A DNA stretch of 63,911 nt from a bacterium (GCA_040752695.1 JBFMGO010000022.1:1-63911); one strand, 5' to 3'; positions 11,275 through 24,800 are shown, counted from the first letter of the stretch. The notes: generated by a model from the letters alone, not told the origin. Program-made: numbers and translations.

Positions 11275-12384
11275 ATGGAAAAGACACTGAAGGAACTGGC
11301 AGAATTCGTAGGTGGGACCGTAGATGGAGATCCTCAAATCCTTATCCGGGGTGTGGCCGGAATCAAAGAGGCAATAGAAGGTGAAATCACCTTTGTTGCC
11401 AATCCAAAATATTTGCCGCTCCTGCCATCAACCCGGGCCTCGGCTGTAATCCTATCGGATAAGGTCAAGGGGGCCCCGGTTCCCTCTATCAGGACATTTG
11501 CCCCCTATGTTGCCTTTGCCAAAATACTCCACCTGTTCTGCGATAAGCCATATCAGCCTTTGGGAATCCATCCCCAGGCATGGGTTGACCCTTCAGCCGT
11601 GATCGGAAAAAATGTATCCATCCATCCTCTTTCGGTAATCGATAAAGAGGTCAGGATCGGGGATAATGTTCAAATTTACAGCGGGGCTTACATCGGGAGT
11701 TTTTCCCGGATCGGTGACAGATGTGTTATTTATCCGAATGTCACCATTTATCACCATACCCTTATTGGATCTGCGGTTACCATCCATGCTAACACAGTGA
11801 TCGGGAGCGATGGTTTCGGCTATGTCTGGGATGGTCATGAACATTACAAGATCCCTCAGGTTGGCAGGGTGGTCATCGAAGATAACGTGGAAATTGGTGC
11901 CGGAACTGCCATAGACCGGGGAACGATGGGAGATACCGTTATCGGTGCCGGAACCAGGATCGATAACCTCGTGCAGATAGCCCATAATGTCGTGATTGGA
12001 GAATCATCGATCATTGTCAGTCAGACCGGTATTTCCGGGAGCGCGGAACTGGGTAAAAAGGTAACTCTGGGTGGTCAGGTAGGTGTAGCCGGGCATTTAA
12101 AGATCGGTGATAACACGATCGTGGCTGCCAAAGGCGGTGTCAGTAAAGACATTCCTTGTAACAGCATCATTGCCGGTATGATCGGCCGCCCCATTCAGGA
12201 GTGGAAGAAATCCGAGATCGGCATCCGGCGACTGCCCGAATTATTCGAGGAAATCAAAAGGCTTAAAAAAAAGGTGCAGGAGTTGGAAGCCAGGGGAGGC
12301 GGCCAGATCCATGATTACGGGGAAAAAATCCAGGCCGATGAGCAAAAGACAGATGAAGGCCCGCTGTCAGACTCCCGATCCTGA
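11275..12384 (+). CDS. lpxD: UDP-3-O-acylglucosamine N-acyltransferase
   Basis: Hexapeptide repeats, IGSDGFG, IPQVGRV, IDNLVQIAHNV, GGQVGVAGH. Confidence 0.97.
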   Translation: MEKTLKELAEFVGGTVDGDPQILIRGVAGIKEAIEGEITFVANPKYLPLLPSTRASAVILSDKVKGAPVPSIRTFAPYVAFAKILHLFCDKPYQPLGIHPQAWVDPSAVIGKNVSIHPLSVIDKEVRIGDNVQIYSGAYIGSFSRIGDRCVIYPNVTIYHHTLIGSAVTIHANTVIGSDGFGYVWDGHEHYKIPQVGRVVIEDNVEIGAGTAIDRGTMGDTVIGAGTRIDNLVQIAHNVVIGESSIIVSQTGISGSAELGKKVTLGGQVGVAGHLKIGDNTIVAAKGGVSKDIPCNSIIAGMIGRPIQEWKKSEIGIRRLPELFEEIKRLKKKVQELEARGGGQIHDYGEKIQADEQKTDEGPLSDSRS

Positions 12385-13209
12385 TCAGGCAAAGAGCTCT
12401 TCCATCGAAAGCGTCAATCCATCGCAGCAGGCAATAACCTCGATCCCGCTCTTTTGCGATAATTCTTCGGCCAGAAGTTCCGGTCCTGCCTGCAGCATCA
12501 TGGAACCAAAATGGGTCAGGAGTACTTTTCGAGGCCGGATTTCGTTCATGATCCTTTGTGCATCCTCGATGCACAGATGATAAATAATCTTTTCCGAAGG
12601 GGTTGCCTCCAGGCGGACCACATTGATGATCAGGCAGTCGGACTGATGATAATGACTGGCAAGCTCTTCGAAAAAGAGCGTATCGGCGATGAGAGAGAGT
12701 ACTTTTTCGGAAAAGGAAAACTTCAATCCGTAGGTTTCCGCAAGGTGCACATGCCGCACGGGGGTGGAAAACCGGATCGATCCGAGTGTATAAGACCCTC
12801 CCTCACGGAGTGTTTCAATATTGGCCAGATAAGCCCGAACGTACTGAAGCACGACAGGATCGGTTTCCATGGCGTCCGGCGGAGCGAACAAGGTCCCCTT
12901 GCGCCGGTACCCCCCCTTCGTCATGGCTTCGATCATAATATTGACATCGGATGCATGATCCAGATGCCGGTGGGTCAGGATAATCCCATCGAGTTGTGAA
13001 GGATCGAGCCTGGGGTGAGCGGAAAGACACCGTACCAGGGCTCCCGGCCCCGGGTCGATATGAACCTGCGTTCCCTGAAAGGAGAGCCAGATCCCTCCTG
13101 AAGCCCTCATCTGCTGGGAAACGACAAAGCGGGCTCCGCCGGTACCCAGGAATTTGATAAAATCAGGGCAATTCTTTTCCACTGCTTCCACAACTTCTCC
13201 AGCTTTCAC
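12385..13209 (-). CDS. MBL-fold metallo-hydrolase (RNase Z/PhnP-like)
   Basis: FLGTGG, IDPGPG, THRHLDHASD, ADT, LTHFG; GTG start with AAGGAG SD. Confidence 0.88.
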   Translation of the reverse strand: MKAGEVVEAVEKNCPDFIKFLGTGGARFVVSQQMRASGGIWLSFQGTQVHIDPGPGALVRCLSAHPRLDPSQLDGIILTHRHLDHASDVNIMIEAMTKGGYRRKGTLFAPPDAMETDPVVLQYVRAYLANIETLREGGSYTLGSIRFSTPVRHVHLAETYGLKFSFSEKVLSLIADTLFFEELASHYHQSDCLIINVVRLEATPSEKIIYHLCIEDAQRIMNEIRPRKVLLTHFGSMMLQAGPELLAEELSQKSGIEVIACCDGLTLSMEELFA

Positions 13210-13218
13210 AATTTCTCC

Positions 13219-15066
13219 TTACTCGGGTTTTTCTTGCGGATGAAAATAATCATAAATCCGGCGAGCGACCCCGCTGTCAAGTCCCGGAACTTCGGCCAAC
13301 TGGCTCAGACTGGCCTCCTTGACGCGGGAAAGGCTTCCAAAGTGACGAATCACCGCCTTTTGCCTGACCAGACCGACCCCCTCGATTTCCAGCAACGGGG
13401 AGTGTAAAAGACTCCTGGACCGCAGGCTCCGGTGATAGGTGATCGCAAAGCGATGCGCCTCATCCCGGATTCTCTGTAAAAGCTTAAGAGTGGGAGAATG
13501 CCGTGACAGACGCAACGGCTCCTCACGTCCGGCCAGAAAAATCACTTCCTCACGTTTGGCCAGGCTCGCTACCGGAATCCCGGAAATATGCAGACCTTCG
13601 ATGGCCAGAAGACCAGCCTGCAAATGCCCTTTTCCACCGTCGATCAGGATGAGGTCAGGCAGGCTCTTTTTTTCTTCAAGGATACGGCTATACCTGCGTT
13701 GAACGACCTCTGCGATCATGGCATAATCGTCAATGCCGGTAATCCGTTTAATTTTAAATCTGCGGTATTCGGATTTGGTGGGTTTATTGTCAATCCAGCA
13801 AACCATCGATCCGACCGCTTCTGCCCCTGACAGGTTCGAGATATCAAAAGCCTCGATCCTGGATGGCACATGAGGAAGACCGAGGTCCTCCCGCACACTC
13901 CTTAACACCGGGTCTTCATGGAGATTCCTGGTCAAATGGGAATCGAGGAGAATCCGGGCGTTCTGCATAACCATATCAAGCTGTCTTTTTCCCTCTCCGC
14001 TTTTCGGAAAGACCAAAGTAACCGCAGAACCTCGCTTTTCAGACAAATAAGCCTCGATCACCCCTGCTTCACTCGTTGCCTGCGCCAACAGGATGGTTCT
14101 GGGAACGCCGACCTCTCGATCATAAAATTGCTTGATAAAGGATTCGAGTGCCTCTTCGTCCGGGACATCGCGGGAGACCGAGAGGAGAAAGTCCTTTTTG
14201 CCCATCAGTTGCCCGTAACGGACGATGAAAACCACAAAACAGATAAGGTCCCCGGATCTTGCAAAGCCGATAATATCTTTATTCTTCAACTGAGTATTGA
14301 ACACGTCCTGCGGCTGCAAGGTCTTTTGAATTGCCCGTATCTGATCTCTGATTTTCGCTGCCCTCTCGTACTCAAGCCGCTCTGCTGCCTCCTGCATCTG
14401 CTTTTCCATCGAGGCCAGAAGGTGGTCTTTCTTTCCCAGAAGGAACAGTTTCACCTCTCGAACCACGGCCTGGTACTCTTCAGGATCAGTCACTTCCGCA
14501 CACGGTCCCCCACATCTTTTCATCTGATGCTGCAGGCAGGGCCGCTCCCTCTTTGCTACTGCCCGGCACTGGCGCAGGGGGAAGAGCTGGTTGATGGTTC
14601 TCAACGTCTTTCGGAGGGCGCTGGCCGGGATGTAGGGGCCAAAATACAGATTGCCGTCCTTTTGGACCTTGCGGCTGACGATCAGGCGAGGATATTTTTC
14701 AGTCATGGTCAGGCACAGATAGGGGTAATTCTTATCGTCCTTCAGGATGATGTTGTATTTTGGCTTATGCTTCTTGATAAGGCTATTCTCCAGGATAAGG
14801 GCTTCCAGCTCCGAAGAGGTAACAATGTAGTCGATGGTGTGAACCTGCGGAACCAGTGATTCAACCTTGAGGTCTTTGGCGGTCTTTCGAAAGTAGGAAC
14901 TGACGCGCTTTCGTAAAGATATGGCCTTGCCGATGTAGAGAACCTTTCCGCTTTCCTCTTTCATGAGGTAAACGCCGGGCAGCTCCGGCAGATTTCTCAC
15001 CACATCCTTGAGGGATGTTTTCTCTCCGGCTGTCAGGGTTGCCTTATCTTCTGAAACAAAGACCAT
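13219..15066 (-). CDS. uvrC: Excinuclease ABC subunit C
   Basis: GIY-YIG (PGVYLMK...YIGKA), UVR domain, RIEAFDISN, DGGKG, RDEAHRFA, C-terminal HhH. Confidence 0.98.
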   Translation of the reverse strand: MVFVSEDKATLTAGEKTSLKDVVRNLPELPGVYLMKEESGKVLYIGKAISLRKRVSSYFRKTAKDLKVESLVPQVHTIDYIVTSSELEALILENSLIKKHKPKYNIILKDDKNYPYLCLTMTEKYPRLIVSRKVQKDGNLYFGPYIPASALRKTLRTINQLFPLRQCRAVAKRERPCLQHQMKRCGGPCAEVTDPEEYQAVVREVKLFLLGKKDHLLASMEKQMQEAAERLEYERAAKIRDQIRAIQKTLQPQDVFNTQLKNKDIIGFARSGDLICFVVFIVRYGQLMGKKDFLLSVSRDVPDEEALESFIKQFYDREVGVPRTILLAQATSEAGVIEAYLSEKRGSAVTLVFPKSGEGKRQLDMVMQNARILLDSHLTRNLHEDPVLRSVREDLGLPHVPSRIEAFDISNLSGAEAVGSMVCWIDNKPTKSEYRRFKIKRITGIDDYAMIAEVVQRRYSRILEEKKSLPDLILIDGGKGHLQAGLLAIEGLHISGIPVASLAKREEVIFLAGREEPLRLSRHSPTLKLLQRIRDEAHRFAITYHRSLRSRSLLHSPLLEIEGVGLVRQKAVIRHFGSLSRVKEASLSQLAEVPGLDSGVARRIYDYFHPQEKPE

Positions 15067-15822
15067 AGACTGATTTTCCTTTCTGTATGATGGTTATCGT
15101 CCAAGCTCTCCTTCATCCATTATAGGTGTTGTTCTATCTTATTGCAATCCCGAACTTTATTTTCAAAGAATTAAGGATTTTGACGCAGGAATTCCCTTTC
15201 GCTCATACCCTTGGCAAGAGGCACTACACCGGAAAGGGACTGCCGGAATCGATAACAAAACAAATTTTCTCCTTTTCAAATGCAGTAAAAAACTAAAAAA
15301 CGTCGATTATGTATTGTCAAAGTTAAAAATGCTTCTATTTGGTTAAGGGGAAGTAATAAGGCTACTTCACCATGGTTTGGTAATATAAATAATAACTAAT
15401 AAAATAATTATCTGTTTTATTGCATAGTTTTATAATGATATAGTAAAAATGTACGAAATAAAAGTATTTTTTGCGTTGAATTAAATAACTACTGAATGTG
15501 AAAATGACAGGAATTGGGTAAGATAAGGAAGAGATACTTTGTATAGTATAAGCATTTTATGTATCTTGCTGATCAGTGAGATAAGAACAGGAAATTGCAC
15601 ATCTGCAACGTATCAACCTACGTATTCACCACTCCCAGACAGGAACTGGTAAGAGTGGGGAATTCACCTCGAAGTAATGAAGTCATTTTCCGTCAGGAGA
15701 TAAAACCAGCAGGAAAACTAAAGGGTTTTTATAACATAAATGATAGATCAGAAAGAACAGGATAGAGACATAATTCTTAAAGATATATTCACAACGCCAG
15801 ATTATTGAGGGAAAGCAATCTT

Positions 15823-18800
15823 ATGCGAACATTTAGAATGATCGTTCTGACTCCGGCTGGGAAGCCAGAACCTTCCCTGGCCATAGCGGCAAGCCGGGCC
15901 GGGGAACTGGGAGTCCTGAATCTTGAGTATTCCCGCAGCCTGCCGACTGCTCGAGAGAGTATTGAGCACCTGACCAGACATAGCAGATGTGATTTTGGGA
16001 TCAAGCTGGATGGCCAATCCGGTGATTTCCTCTTTGAGATGAGCTCTTATCTCGCGGAATTCATGCCTGAGCGGCTTCATTATATCATTTTAACTTCCGG
16101 GCCGATTCAAAACTTGCGCAAATTTATGCGCACGTTTCATGACCTGGGTCTTTTCATTTTTTACGAAAGCATTTGTCTTCGTCAGGCACAGATTGGAAAG
16201 GAACTCGGTGCTGATGGAATTATCGTCAAGGGCCATGAGGCGGGAGGCAAAGTCGGTGAAGAAACATCCTTTGTTCTGCTTCAGAAGGTACTCTCTTCTC
16301 TGAGCCTGCCCGTCTTTGTTCATGGAGGAGTCGGTCTGCATACCGCAGTGAGCTGCTATGCTGCCGGGGCGGAGGGAATCGTTCTGGATTCGCAGCTTTT
16401 GCTGACCAGAGAATCCCCGCTTCCCAAAGAGGTAAAATTTCGTCTGGCCTCGATGGATGGCAGTGAAGTGACCTGCCTGGGAGAACGGCTGGGTGCACCA
16501 TACCGTGTTTATTCAAGGCCCAATCTGCCGATCCTGAAAGAGCTTCAGGCTCAGGAGGAGCGGCTTTGCCGAAACGACTCTTTGCATTCTCCCTCGACGG
16601 TCGCAAACGTATATGACCGGCTGTCAACCTGGAGGGAACTGATCTGCCAGCAGGTAGGCTGGCAATCCCTCGAAAAGGATCTTTTCATATTGGGGCAGGA
16701 TGTATCGTTTGCTTCCTCGCTGGCTCGAAGGTTTGGAACGGTGGGAGGGATTTTGCAGGGAATCCGCCAGTCGATAGACTCTCACCTTCGGGCTGTAATG
16801 CATTCATCATCATCACTCACTGACGAATCAACAGCCGCTGCCGGAATGGCTGGCGATAAGGAAGAAGTTCAGGCTGAGGATGCGGTAAGCCGGGATGCGG
16901 ATGCCGAATGCGGCATGGAAGATACCGGCAGTCTTGAATGGGAAACCACAAACCGGGCAATCAATTTTCCCTTCCGTGAGGGGAGCAAGCTGGCCAGGAG
17001 CCACGGCACCCGGTATCCGATTGTCCAGGGACCGATGGCCAGGATTTCCGATGTCCCTGAATTTGCCACTCAGGTAGCTGCAAAAGGTGCCCTGCCCTTT
17101 ATCGAACTGGCCATGATGCGGGGTAAGAATGCCAAGAGCCTTTTGGAGCGTTGTGAAAAGGCCCTGTCCGGTCTTCCCTGGGGCGTAGGGATACTGGGAT
17201 TCATCCCTTTGGATCTCTTCAAGGAGCAGGGAGAAGCCATTATGGCTCACCGGCCAAAGTTCGTTCTCATTGCCGGGGGGAAAGCGGAGCAGGTTAAATC
17301 CTTTGAACGGCAGGGGATTCCCACCTATATTCATTGTCCTTCTCCGGGAATGCTCAAATTATTTCTCCGTGAAGGATTGAAACGCTTTATTTTTGAAGGA
17401 TTGGAGTGCGGCGGCCACCTGGGGCCGCGAAGCAGTTTTACCTTATGGGAGAGCAGCCTTGAGGTTCTTCTGGATTTTTTGGGGAACCGGCAGCAGGGCC
17501 AGGGGGCAGGGACCGGTCCGGCTTTGCAGTCTTCGTCCGCTGATGCATCAGCGTATCAGGTACTGTTCGCGGGAGGAATCCATGATGCGCGATCTTCCCT
17601 CATGGTATCGGTGCTGGCCGCTCCCCTGGCTGAACTAGGGGTTCAGGTGGGTGTGCAGATCGGCTCTGCCTACCTGTTCACGGAAGAAGCCGTATCTTCA
17701 GGAGCCATCGTCAGGGAATTCCAGCAACAGGCTCTGGCATCGAGGGGCACGATCAGACTGGAAACCGGTCACGGTTATGTGACCCGCTGTTTATCCACTC
17801 CCTTTACGCAGCTCTTTATTCAGGAGCGGCAAAAGATGCTTTCCGAGGGCCGCTCGGTTGAAGAGATCCGTAATGCGTTGGAGGAGTTGAACCTTGGACG
17901 TCTTCGGATCGCGGCTAAAGGTATTGACCGGAGCCCGGGGGGCGGTGCTGATCCGTCCTATGTTCCGGTAAGCGGGGAGGATCAAAAAGAGAGGGGCCTG
18001 TATATGATCGGCCAGATTGCAGCGCTCAGGGACCAGATCAATACGATCCAAGAGCTGCACCAGAGCATATGCAGGGGAGGGGAGGAGGAGCTCAGGAAAC
18101 TGGTTCACGGTACATGGTCCAGGGTGTATGGTTCGCCAAAAGACACGGGCTCTTGGCAGCCAGTCACCGCCTCTGAGTATCCGGCATTGGATGGTCAGCA
18201 TTCGAATTTCCGGAATCCGCCCGTAGCCATTATCGGCATGGCCTGTATTTTACCCAAGGCTCCCGATGTGAGAACGTATTGGTCGAATATTCTGGACAGG
18301 GTCAACGCCATTGAGGAAATCCCTCCTGACCGCTGGGATTGGCGGCTCTACTACCATACGGACCGCAAGGCAAAGGACAAAATTTATTCCCGGTGGGGCG
18401 GGTTTATCGATGATGTCCCGTTCGATCCCATGGATTATGGCATGCCGCCCAATACCCTGCGCTCCATCGAGCCTTTACATCTCTTGACCCTCGAAGTGGT
18501 CCGGGAGGCGATGAAAGACGCCGGATATTTAAACCGCTCCTTTAACCGGGACCGCACCTCGGTCATCCTTGGAGCTGGAGGAGGTGTGGCCGACCTTGGG
18601 ATCACCTACAGCATCCGCTCCTTTCTCCCACTCATGGAGCATATGAGCGCCTTGCGTGCTCCCGATGGCCCCGCTCACGATAAAGCGATGTTCGATGCGG
18701 AAAAGCTCATCGCCCGGCTGAACTCCACTTTCTCGAATCCGCCTCCCGTGGGGGAGAATGCCAAAGGTGCCGGACAGCGAGCTGTCAGCGATCACGGAAG

Positions 18801-21800
18801 GCCCTTTTTCCCCGAGTGGACCGAGGACTCCTTCCCCGGCATTCTCATGAATGTGGCTGCCGGACGAGTGGCCAACCGGTTCGATCTGGGAGGGGCGAAC
18901 TTCACCGTGGATGCTGCCTGTGCTTCATCCATGGCCGCAGTCTATCTGGCGATGAAAGAACTGCAAACCTATAGCAGTGATATGGTTGTGGTAGGCGGAA
19001 GCGATACCATGCAAAATCCCTTCACCTATCTGTGCTTTTCCAAAACACAGGCCCTGTCTCCTACGGGACAGTCCCGTCCACTGGATGAAAGTGCTGACGG
19101 CATCGTGTTGGGGGAGGGTGTAGCCATAGTGGTCCTGAAAAGGCTTGAGGATGCCGAACGTGACGGGGACAGGATCTATGCGGTGATCAAAGCTGTCGGA
19201 TCGTCCAGTGACGGCCGTGATAAGTGCCTTACCGCGCCCCGGCCCGAGGGACAGATTCAGGCACTCAGGCGGGCCTATGCTCAGGCTGGCGTCAGCCCCG
19301 CGACCATCGGCCTGATCGAGGCTCATGGGACAGGGACCGTAGCAGGTGACCGGGCAGAAGTCCAGGCGCTCAGCAAGGTATTTAAAGATGCCAGCGCCAG
19401 GCGGCAGTCTTGCGCGATCGGGTCGGTCAAATCCATGATCGGCCATACCAAGTGTACGGCAGGGGTGGCGGGCTTGATCAAAGTGGCTCTGGCCCTTAAG
19501 ACCAAGGTCCTGCCACCGACTCTGGGAGTCAATCAACCCAACCGGAAAGCCAATTTCGAGCAAAGCCCCTTTTACGTAAATACCGAAGCCAGACCCTGGC
19601 TCAACGCTGCGGAATCGAAAGAGGCGGGTTCCCGTGCCTGCCCGCATCCGCGACGGGCGGGAGTGAGCGCTTTCGGATTTGGGGGAACCAATTTCCACGC
19701 CGTATTGGAAGAATATATCGAGGATCTTCCCCGGCAGGTGCCGGAGATGCTGTATCAGAAATGGCCCGGAGAGCTCTTTCTGTGGGAGGCGAAATCGAAA
19801 AACGATCTTCTGGACCTGCTCAAGACGATGCGAAAGACCCTCGATGCGGGAGCAGGCACAAGCGCTGACTTAGCCAAAGGGCACGGACGGCCGCTGACCG
19901 CCGCCCCTTTTGCTCCATCAACGCTTGCAGACCTGGCATCGAGCCAATGGGAGCAGATGAAGTCGGTGATGAAATCCTCTTCGATGGTCACTGAGGGGTC
20001 CATAGCCGCCAAGGAGACCCCCGCTGCCTCTCAGCGGCCATCGAATGGATTCCGTCTGGCCGTGGTAGCAACTTCCATTGAGGATCTTCAAAAGAAAATA
20101 GAAAAGAGTATCGAGGTTCTGTCCTCTGCAGAAAACGACAGCCAGAAACCGGCATCCGGAAACCGGATCTATGATTACTATGACCCAAGGGGAATTTATC
20201 TGGCCGGACCCACAAGGCGGGTGGCGGGAAAAATCGCTTTTCTCTTCCCTGGTCAGGGTGCACAGTACCCTGGCATGGCCAAAGACCTTGTACTGCATTT
20301 TCCCGAGGCACGATCCTGTTTCGAGCGGGTAGACCAGATTTATTCCCGGATCTATTCGATGAACGCTAACGCCTGCAAAAGCGGGAACCCGGCGGCGGAT
20401 CCGGAAAAGCTCAGCGATTACATTTTTCCTTTGCCAGCCTTTAGTGAAGAGGACACAGCAAGCCAGAAAAAAAACCTGACCAGGACCAGTATTGCACAAC
20501 CAGCTATCGGTGCCGTCAGTATGGCTCTTTGCCACGTGCTACGCGGGCTGGAAGTCTATCCGGATATGACGGCTGGCCACAGTTACGGCGAGTATGTGGC
20601 CCTGTGGGCTGCCGGAGCGCTCAGCGAAGAATCGCTGCTGCGGGTGTCAGAGGCCAGGGGGCGGATCATCGAAGAGGCTCAAGGAGTCGGGAGTGCGGAT
20701 ACGGGAACCATGGCTGCCTTAAGGGCGAGTGAAGAGGCGATTCCGGAATTGATTGCCGGCATCAAGGATGTCTGGATCGCCAATTATAACTCTCCGCAGC
20801 AAATAGTCATTTCGGGCACAAAACCGGCTGTGCAAAAGGTAATCGACCGTTGCGCGGGCCGGGGGATAGAGGCACGGATGCTGGATGTATCCTGCGCCTT
20901 TCACTCTCCTCTCGTCACTCCTGCCAGGGAAAAGTTTGCGGAGTTTTTGAGCACGCTGCCATTGAATGAGCCAGAAATAGCAGTTTACTCAAATACTACG
21001 GCTTATCCTCACTCCACTGATCCTGCGCGGATAAAAGACCAGTTAGTCAGGCATCTGGTTAGCTCCGTTCGTTTCAGACATGAAATTGAGGCCATGTATG
21101 AGTCCGGAGCACGGATTTTCGTCGAGGTCGGGCCGCGAAGTATCCTGAGCCGACTGGTTACCCAGATTTTTCCCGCAGCTTGTGACAGCGAGAAGGACAG
21201 CGAAAAGAGCAGTGCAAAAGGTGAGGTGCAAGGTTCTGAAAAGAGCGCAGGGCGCAGGCCACAGGATGCGCACTCTGTAATAGGCGCCCTCCCATCACTG
21301 ACCGCTGACGGCCAGGACCGGCCTATCCTGAGTATTGCTTTGGACCAGCCGGGACGACCAGGATTATTACAACTGCAACATTGCCTGGGGCAATTATTTG
21401 TCCAGGGGGCATCCATGAATCTGGACCGGCTCCATTCAGGCCGCAACGCCAATGACATGGATTGGATACGTCCGGGACACCGCTCATCCGGCAGAACGTT
21501 CACTCCAACTACGTGGTTCATCCGGGGAGACCGTATCCATCCGTTACAGCAAAAAGTTGTCCGCAATTCCCGTCCCCTGGGCCGTCACTTCCAGGAAACC
21601 GGAAATGGAGAAGCCAGAAGGGAAATGCCTCCGAAAGCCGCTGGCAGCGAAAAGAGCAGTACGGGATACGAGGTACGGCAGGCGGAACAAATCGCACGAC
21701 ACACGGCGCAGGACTTACAATCTTCAATAACCGCAAAAGGGAAAGGCCACTTTTACGCCTCCAGAGAGGAAATGCCGAAAGAGGCTGTCGAAAACCGGAT

Positions 21801-24800
21801 GCGGAATGTGGAATGCGCAATGCAGGATGCTGAAAACCGCAGCCAGCATCCGGCTCCCGGAAACCAGGCGGCTCAGGAAAGGGATAAGAACATGGCACTG
21901 CATGAAGAGGCCACCCAGGACAAGAGCAGGGGAAATCAAAAGGCTGTATTCGACCGCACCGATAATGCCGGCGCAGAAAAGAGGCAGGGACAGACCCAGG
22001 GGCCTTTCCATTTACACGGCCAGCATCCGCGATCCGATGCCGGTGCTTTTGGCGGGGAATCTTTGACCCGGTCCTTCCCTCAAGGAGACTTTCCCGCTAT
22101 CGCTGATGGCTCTCGCATTGCTGATGGCGAGCCTTCGCACCAATTGGGGGGGGAAAGCCAAAAGGGGTATTTCATGCCGGCAGCAGAGGATCAGGTTATG
22201 ATTCAATTCCAGGAAATCATGACCCGGTTCCTGGACACACAAAAAGAAATAATGCTGCGGTACATACAAAACAGGGGTCAGGATTCAGCTACAGGGACAG
22301 GCTGCTATCCGTATCCTTCTTCAGGGACAGCGCTCACCGAGCCGTGGGCAGGCAGGGATGCCCATGGGTCGAGAGTCGAGAGAGCGAACGATAAAACCCT
22401 CATGCCGGATACCGGATACCTGCCACTGGATCAAGGCAGCCAGGAGAGCTTTTCCGGCGGCCAGGCGTTTGATGCCAGTTCCCCGGCACCGGAGGCCGGG
22501 TACCCGACTGCGGCTTTCGACCACCAAGCACCCGGACACAGCCACCTGACGCCGCATGTCGATGAGCAGCCTCCAAAAAGCAGTTACCAGGCACCGGATG
22601 CAAGCTTTAAGGCGCCAAAGACCGATGAGCAGGAATTCGAAACCAGCAGCATCCAGACAGACGGTGCCCAGGAATCTGAAAAGCTGAATGAGGAAAAGAT
22701 CCGTGATGTTTTGCTGAATATTGTCAGCGAACGGACAGGATACCCTCACGAGATGCTGGACCTGAACCTGAACATGGAAGCCGACCTTGGTATCGACTCG
22801 ATCAAACGGGTGGAGATCCTGGGGAGTTTCCAGCGGGAGTTCAGTGCTTCCATGGGACAGAGTATGGAACAGGATATGGAAAGCCTGAGTGGAGCGAAAA
22901 CTCTGCAGGAGATCATTGACTGGGTGGTCAGGAAAACCCCGCAAACTGATGCCGATATTTCACACTCCTTATCTGGCCCTGACAACAGCCCTGGAGAATC
23001 CACTGTGCCCGAAGACCCTGTGCCGGATGCAGGATACGCAGAAAGTTCAAAAGAGACTTCACCAGATGCCGGGGGAATCCAAAGGTATATCCTGGAGAAA
23101 GTGGAATTCCCCTGCATCTGCCAGGGGCAGGCTGTTCTTGACAAAAGCAGGGTGGTGGTAATCACCGAAGATCAGGAAAGAAAACTGGCCCGTTGTCTGG
23201 CAGATGCGCTCAAGGGACAGGGATATGAAGTGGCCCTGATCCGGATGGCGAATGCCAAAGAGGAGCACGAGCCTGAACACCTGAGTCATGCGTCCGAGGC
23301 CCTGGGGAATGTTCCGGTATATGGAGCAGATCTTGGTTCCTGTGAGAGTGTGGAGGCTGTCCTGAATATCATCCGGCAAAAGCAGGGCCGGATCGGAGGT
23401 CTGATTCATCTCTATCCCTTTGCCTCGTCCGGTCAGGCTTTATCGCAGATGGACCTTTCCCAATGGAGACAGCGGCTGCGACTGGAAGTAAAAAGCCTTT
23501 TCTACTGCGCCAGGGCATTGGAGCCTGATTTACGAATGGAAACAAGCGGCCAGCATCCGGAAACCATGCTCATGGCAGTTACGTCGATGGGAGGATTGTT
23601 CGGCAGCGTTCCCACGTATAGCGATCGCACCTTTTCACCCTCGCAGGGAGGCTGTGCCGGACTGATCAAGAGCCTGAAAGCGGAGTGGCCGGAAGTAAAC
23701 CTGAGGGCGGTGGATCTTGATCCTCGGGAGGATGCGGACCGTCTGGTTCATTACCTCCTGAAGGAAATGCACTGCCGGGGGGAGGGCGCCTCCTATGTTG
23801 AAGCCGGATACTGGCGGGGGAGCCGGTTCACCTTGAGACCGAAAGCCGCACCGCTCAAGCCGCACGGCAGCGCATCTTTATCAAAGAACCGGGAAGGGGA
23901 GGGACAGCCGGGTTTTGCGATCGAGTCCTCCTGGGTCATACTCGTCACCGGAGGGGCCAGAGGGATTACCGCCGATGTAACCAGGGAACTGGCACGACGC
24001 TACCGCCCCGTCTTGATCCTGGCCGGAAGCTCTCCTTTGCCCAAGGAAGAAGAGGACTTTTTGACGACCGGTTCCCTTCAGGAGGTGAAATCACGCGTTA
24101 TTCAAAGGATGAAGCAAGAGGGGGAGGAGGTCACTCCCGCCCGTGTAGAGGCCAGATACCGAAACTTGTGCAAGGCGGCGGAGATCAGGGCCAGTATCGG
24201 AGCCATCAAGAAGCAGGGCGCACGGGTGCACTACTATCAGGTAGATGTGCGGGACGACAAGGCACTGGCCGGATTCATCGATCATCTTTATGAAACGTTC
24301 GGCAGGATCGATGGAGTAATCCATGGAGCGGGAATCATAGAAGATAAGCTTATTAAGGATAAGACAGTCGAGTCCTTCGACCGGGTATTTGACACCAAAG
24401 TCGACAGTGCCTTTGTCCTGAGCCGCAAGCTTCGCTTCGACTCCCTGAAATTCCTGGTCTTCTTCTCCTCTGTGGCTGCCCGTTTCGGCAACCGGGGACA
24501 GGCAGATTACGCTGCCGCCAACGAGGTCATGAATAAATTAGCCATTTATCTCGACGATGGCCTGGCCGTGCTGCCGCCAGGGCAGAATTACTCTTCTCAA
24601 GGGGATAGGAGTGCGAATTTCCCGCGGATCGTTTCCATCAACTGGGGTCCCTGGGAAAACTCAAATATGGTTCCTCCGGCCTTGCAGGCGGAATTCCTTA
24701 AGCATGGCGTGCAGCTCATCTCCCGGTCTTTTGGTCCCATGCTGCTGGATCAGGAACTGCACTATGGCCGTGAGGGTGAAATTATCCTCGGCGGAGGAGG

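Noticed and set aside
13918..14859. 313-aa + strand ORF
   Set aside because: Fully antisense to uvrC, no motifs; shadow ORF.
15185..15243. Stem GCAG..TCCCTTTC / GAAAGGGA-CTGC as a riboswitch
   Set aside because: Single short stem; no riboswitch consensus recognised.
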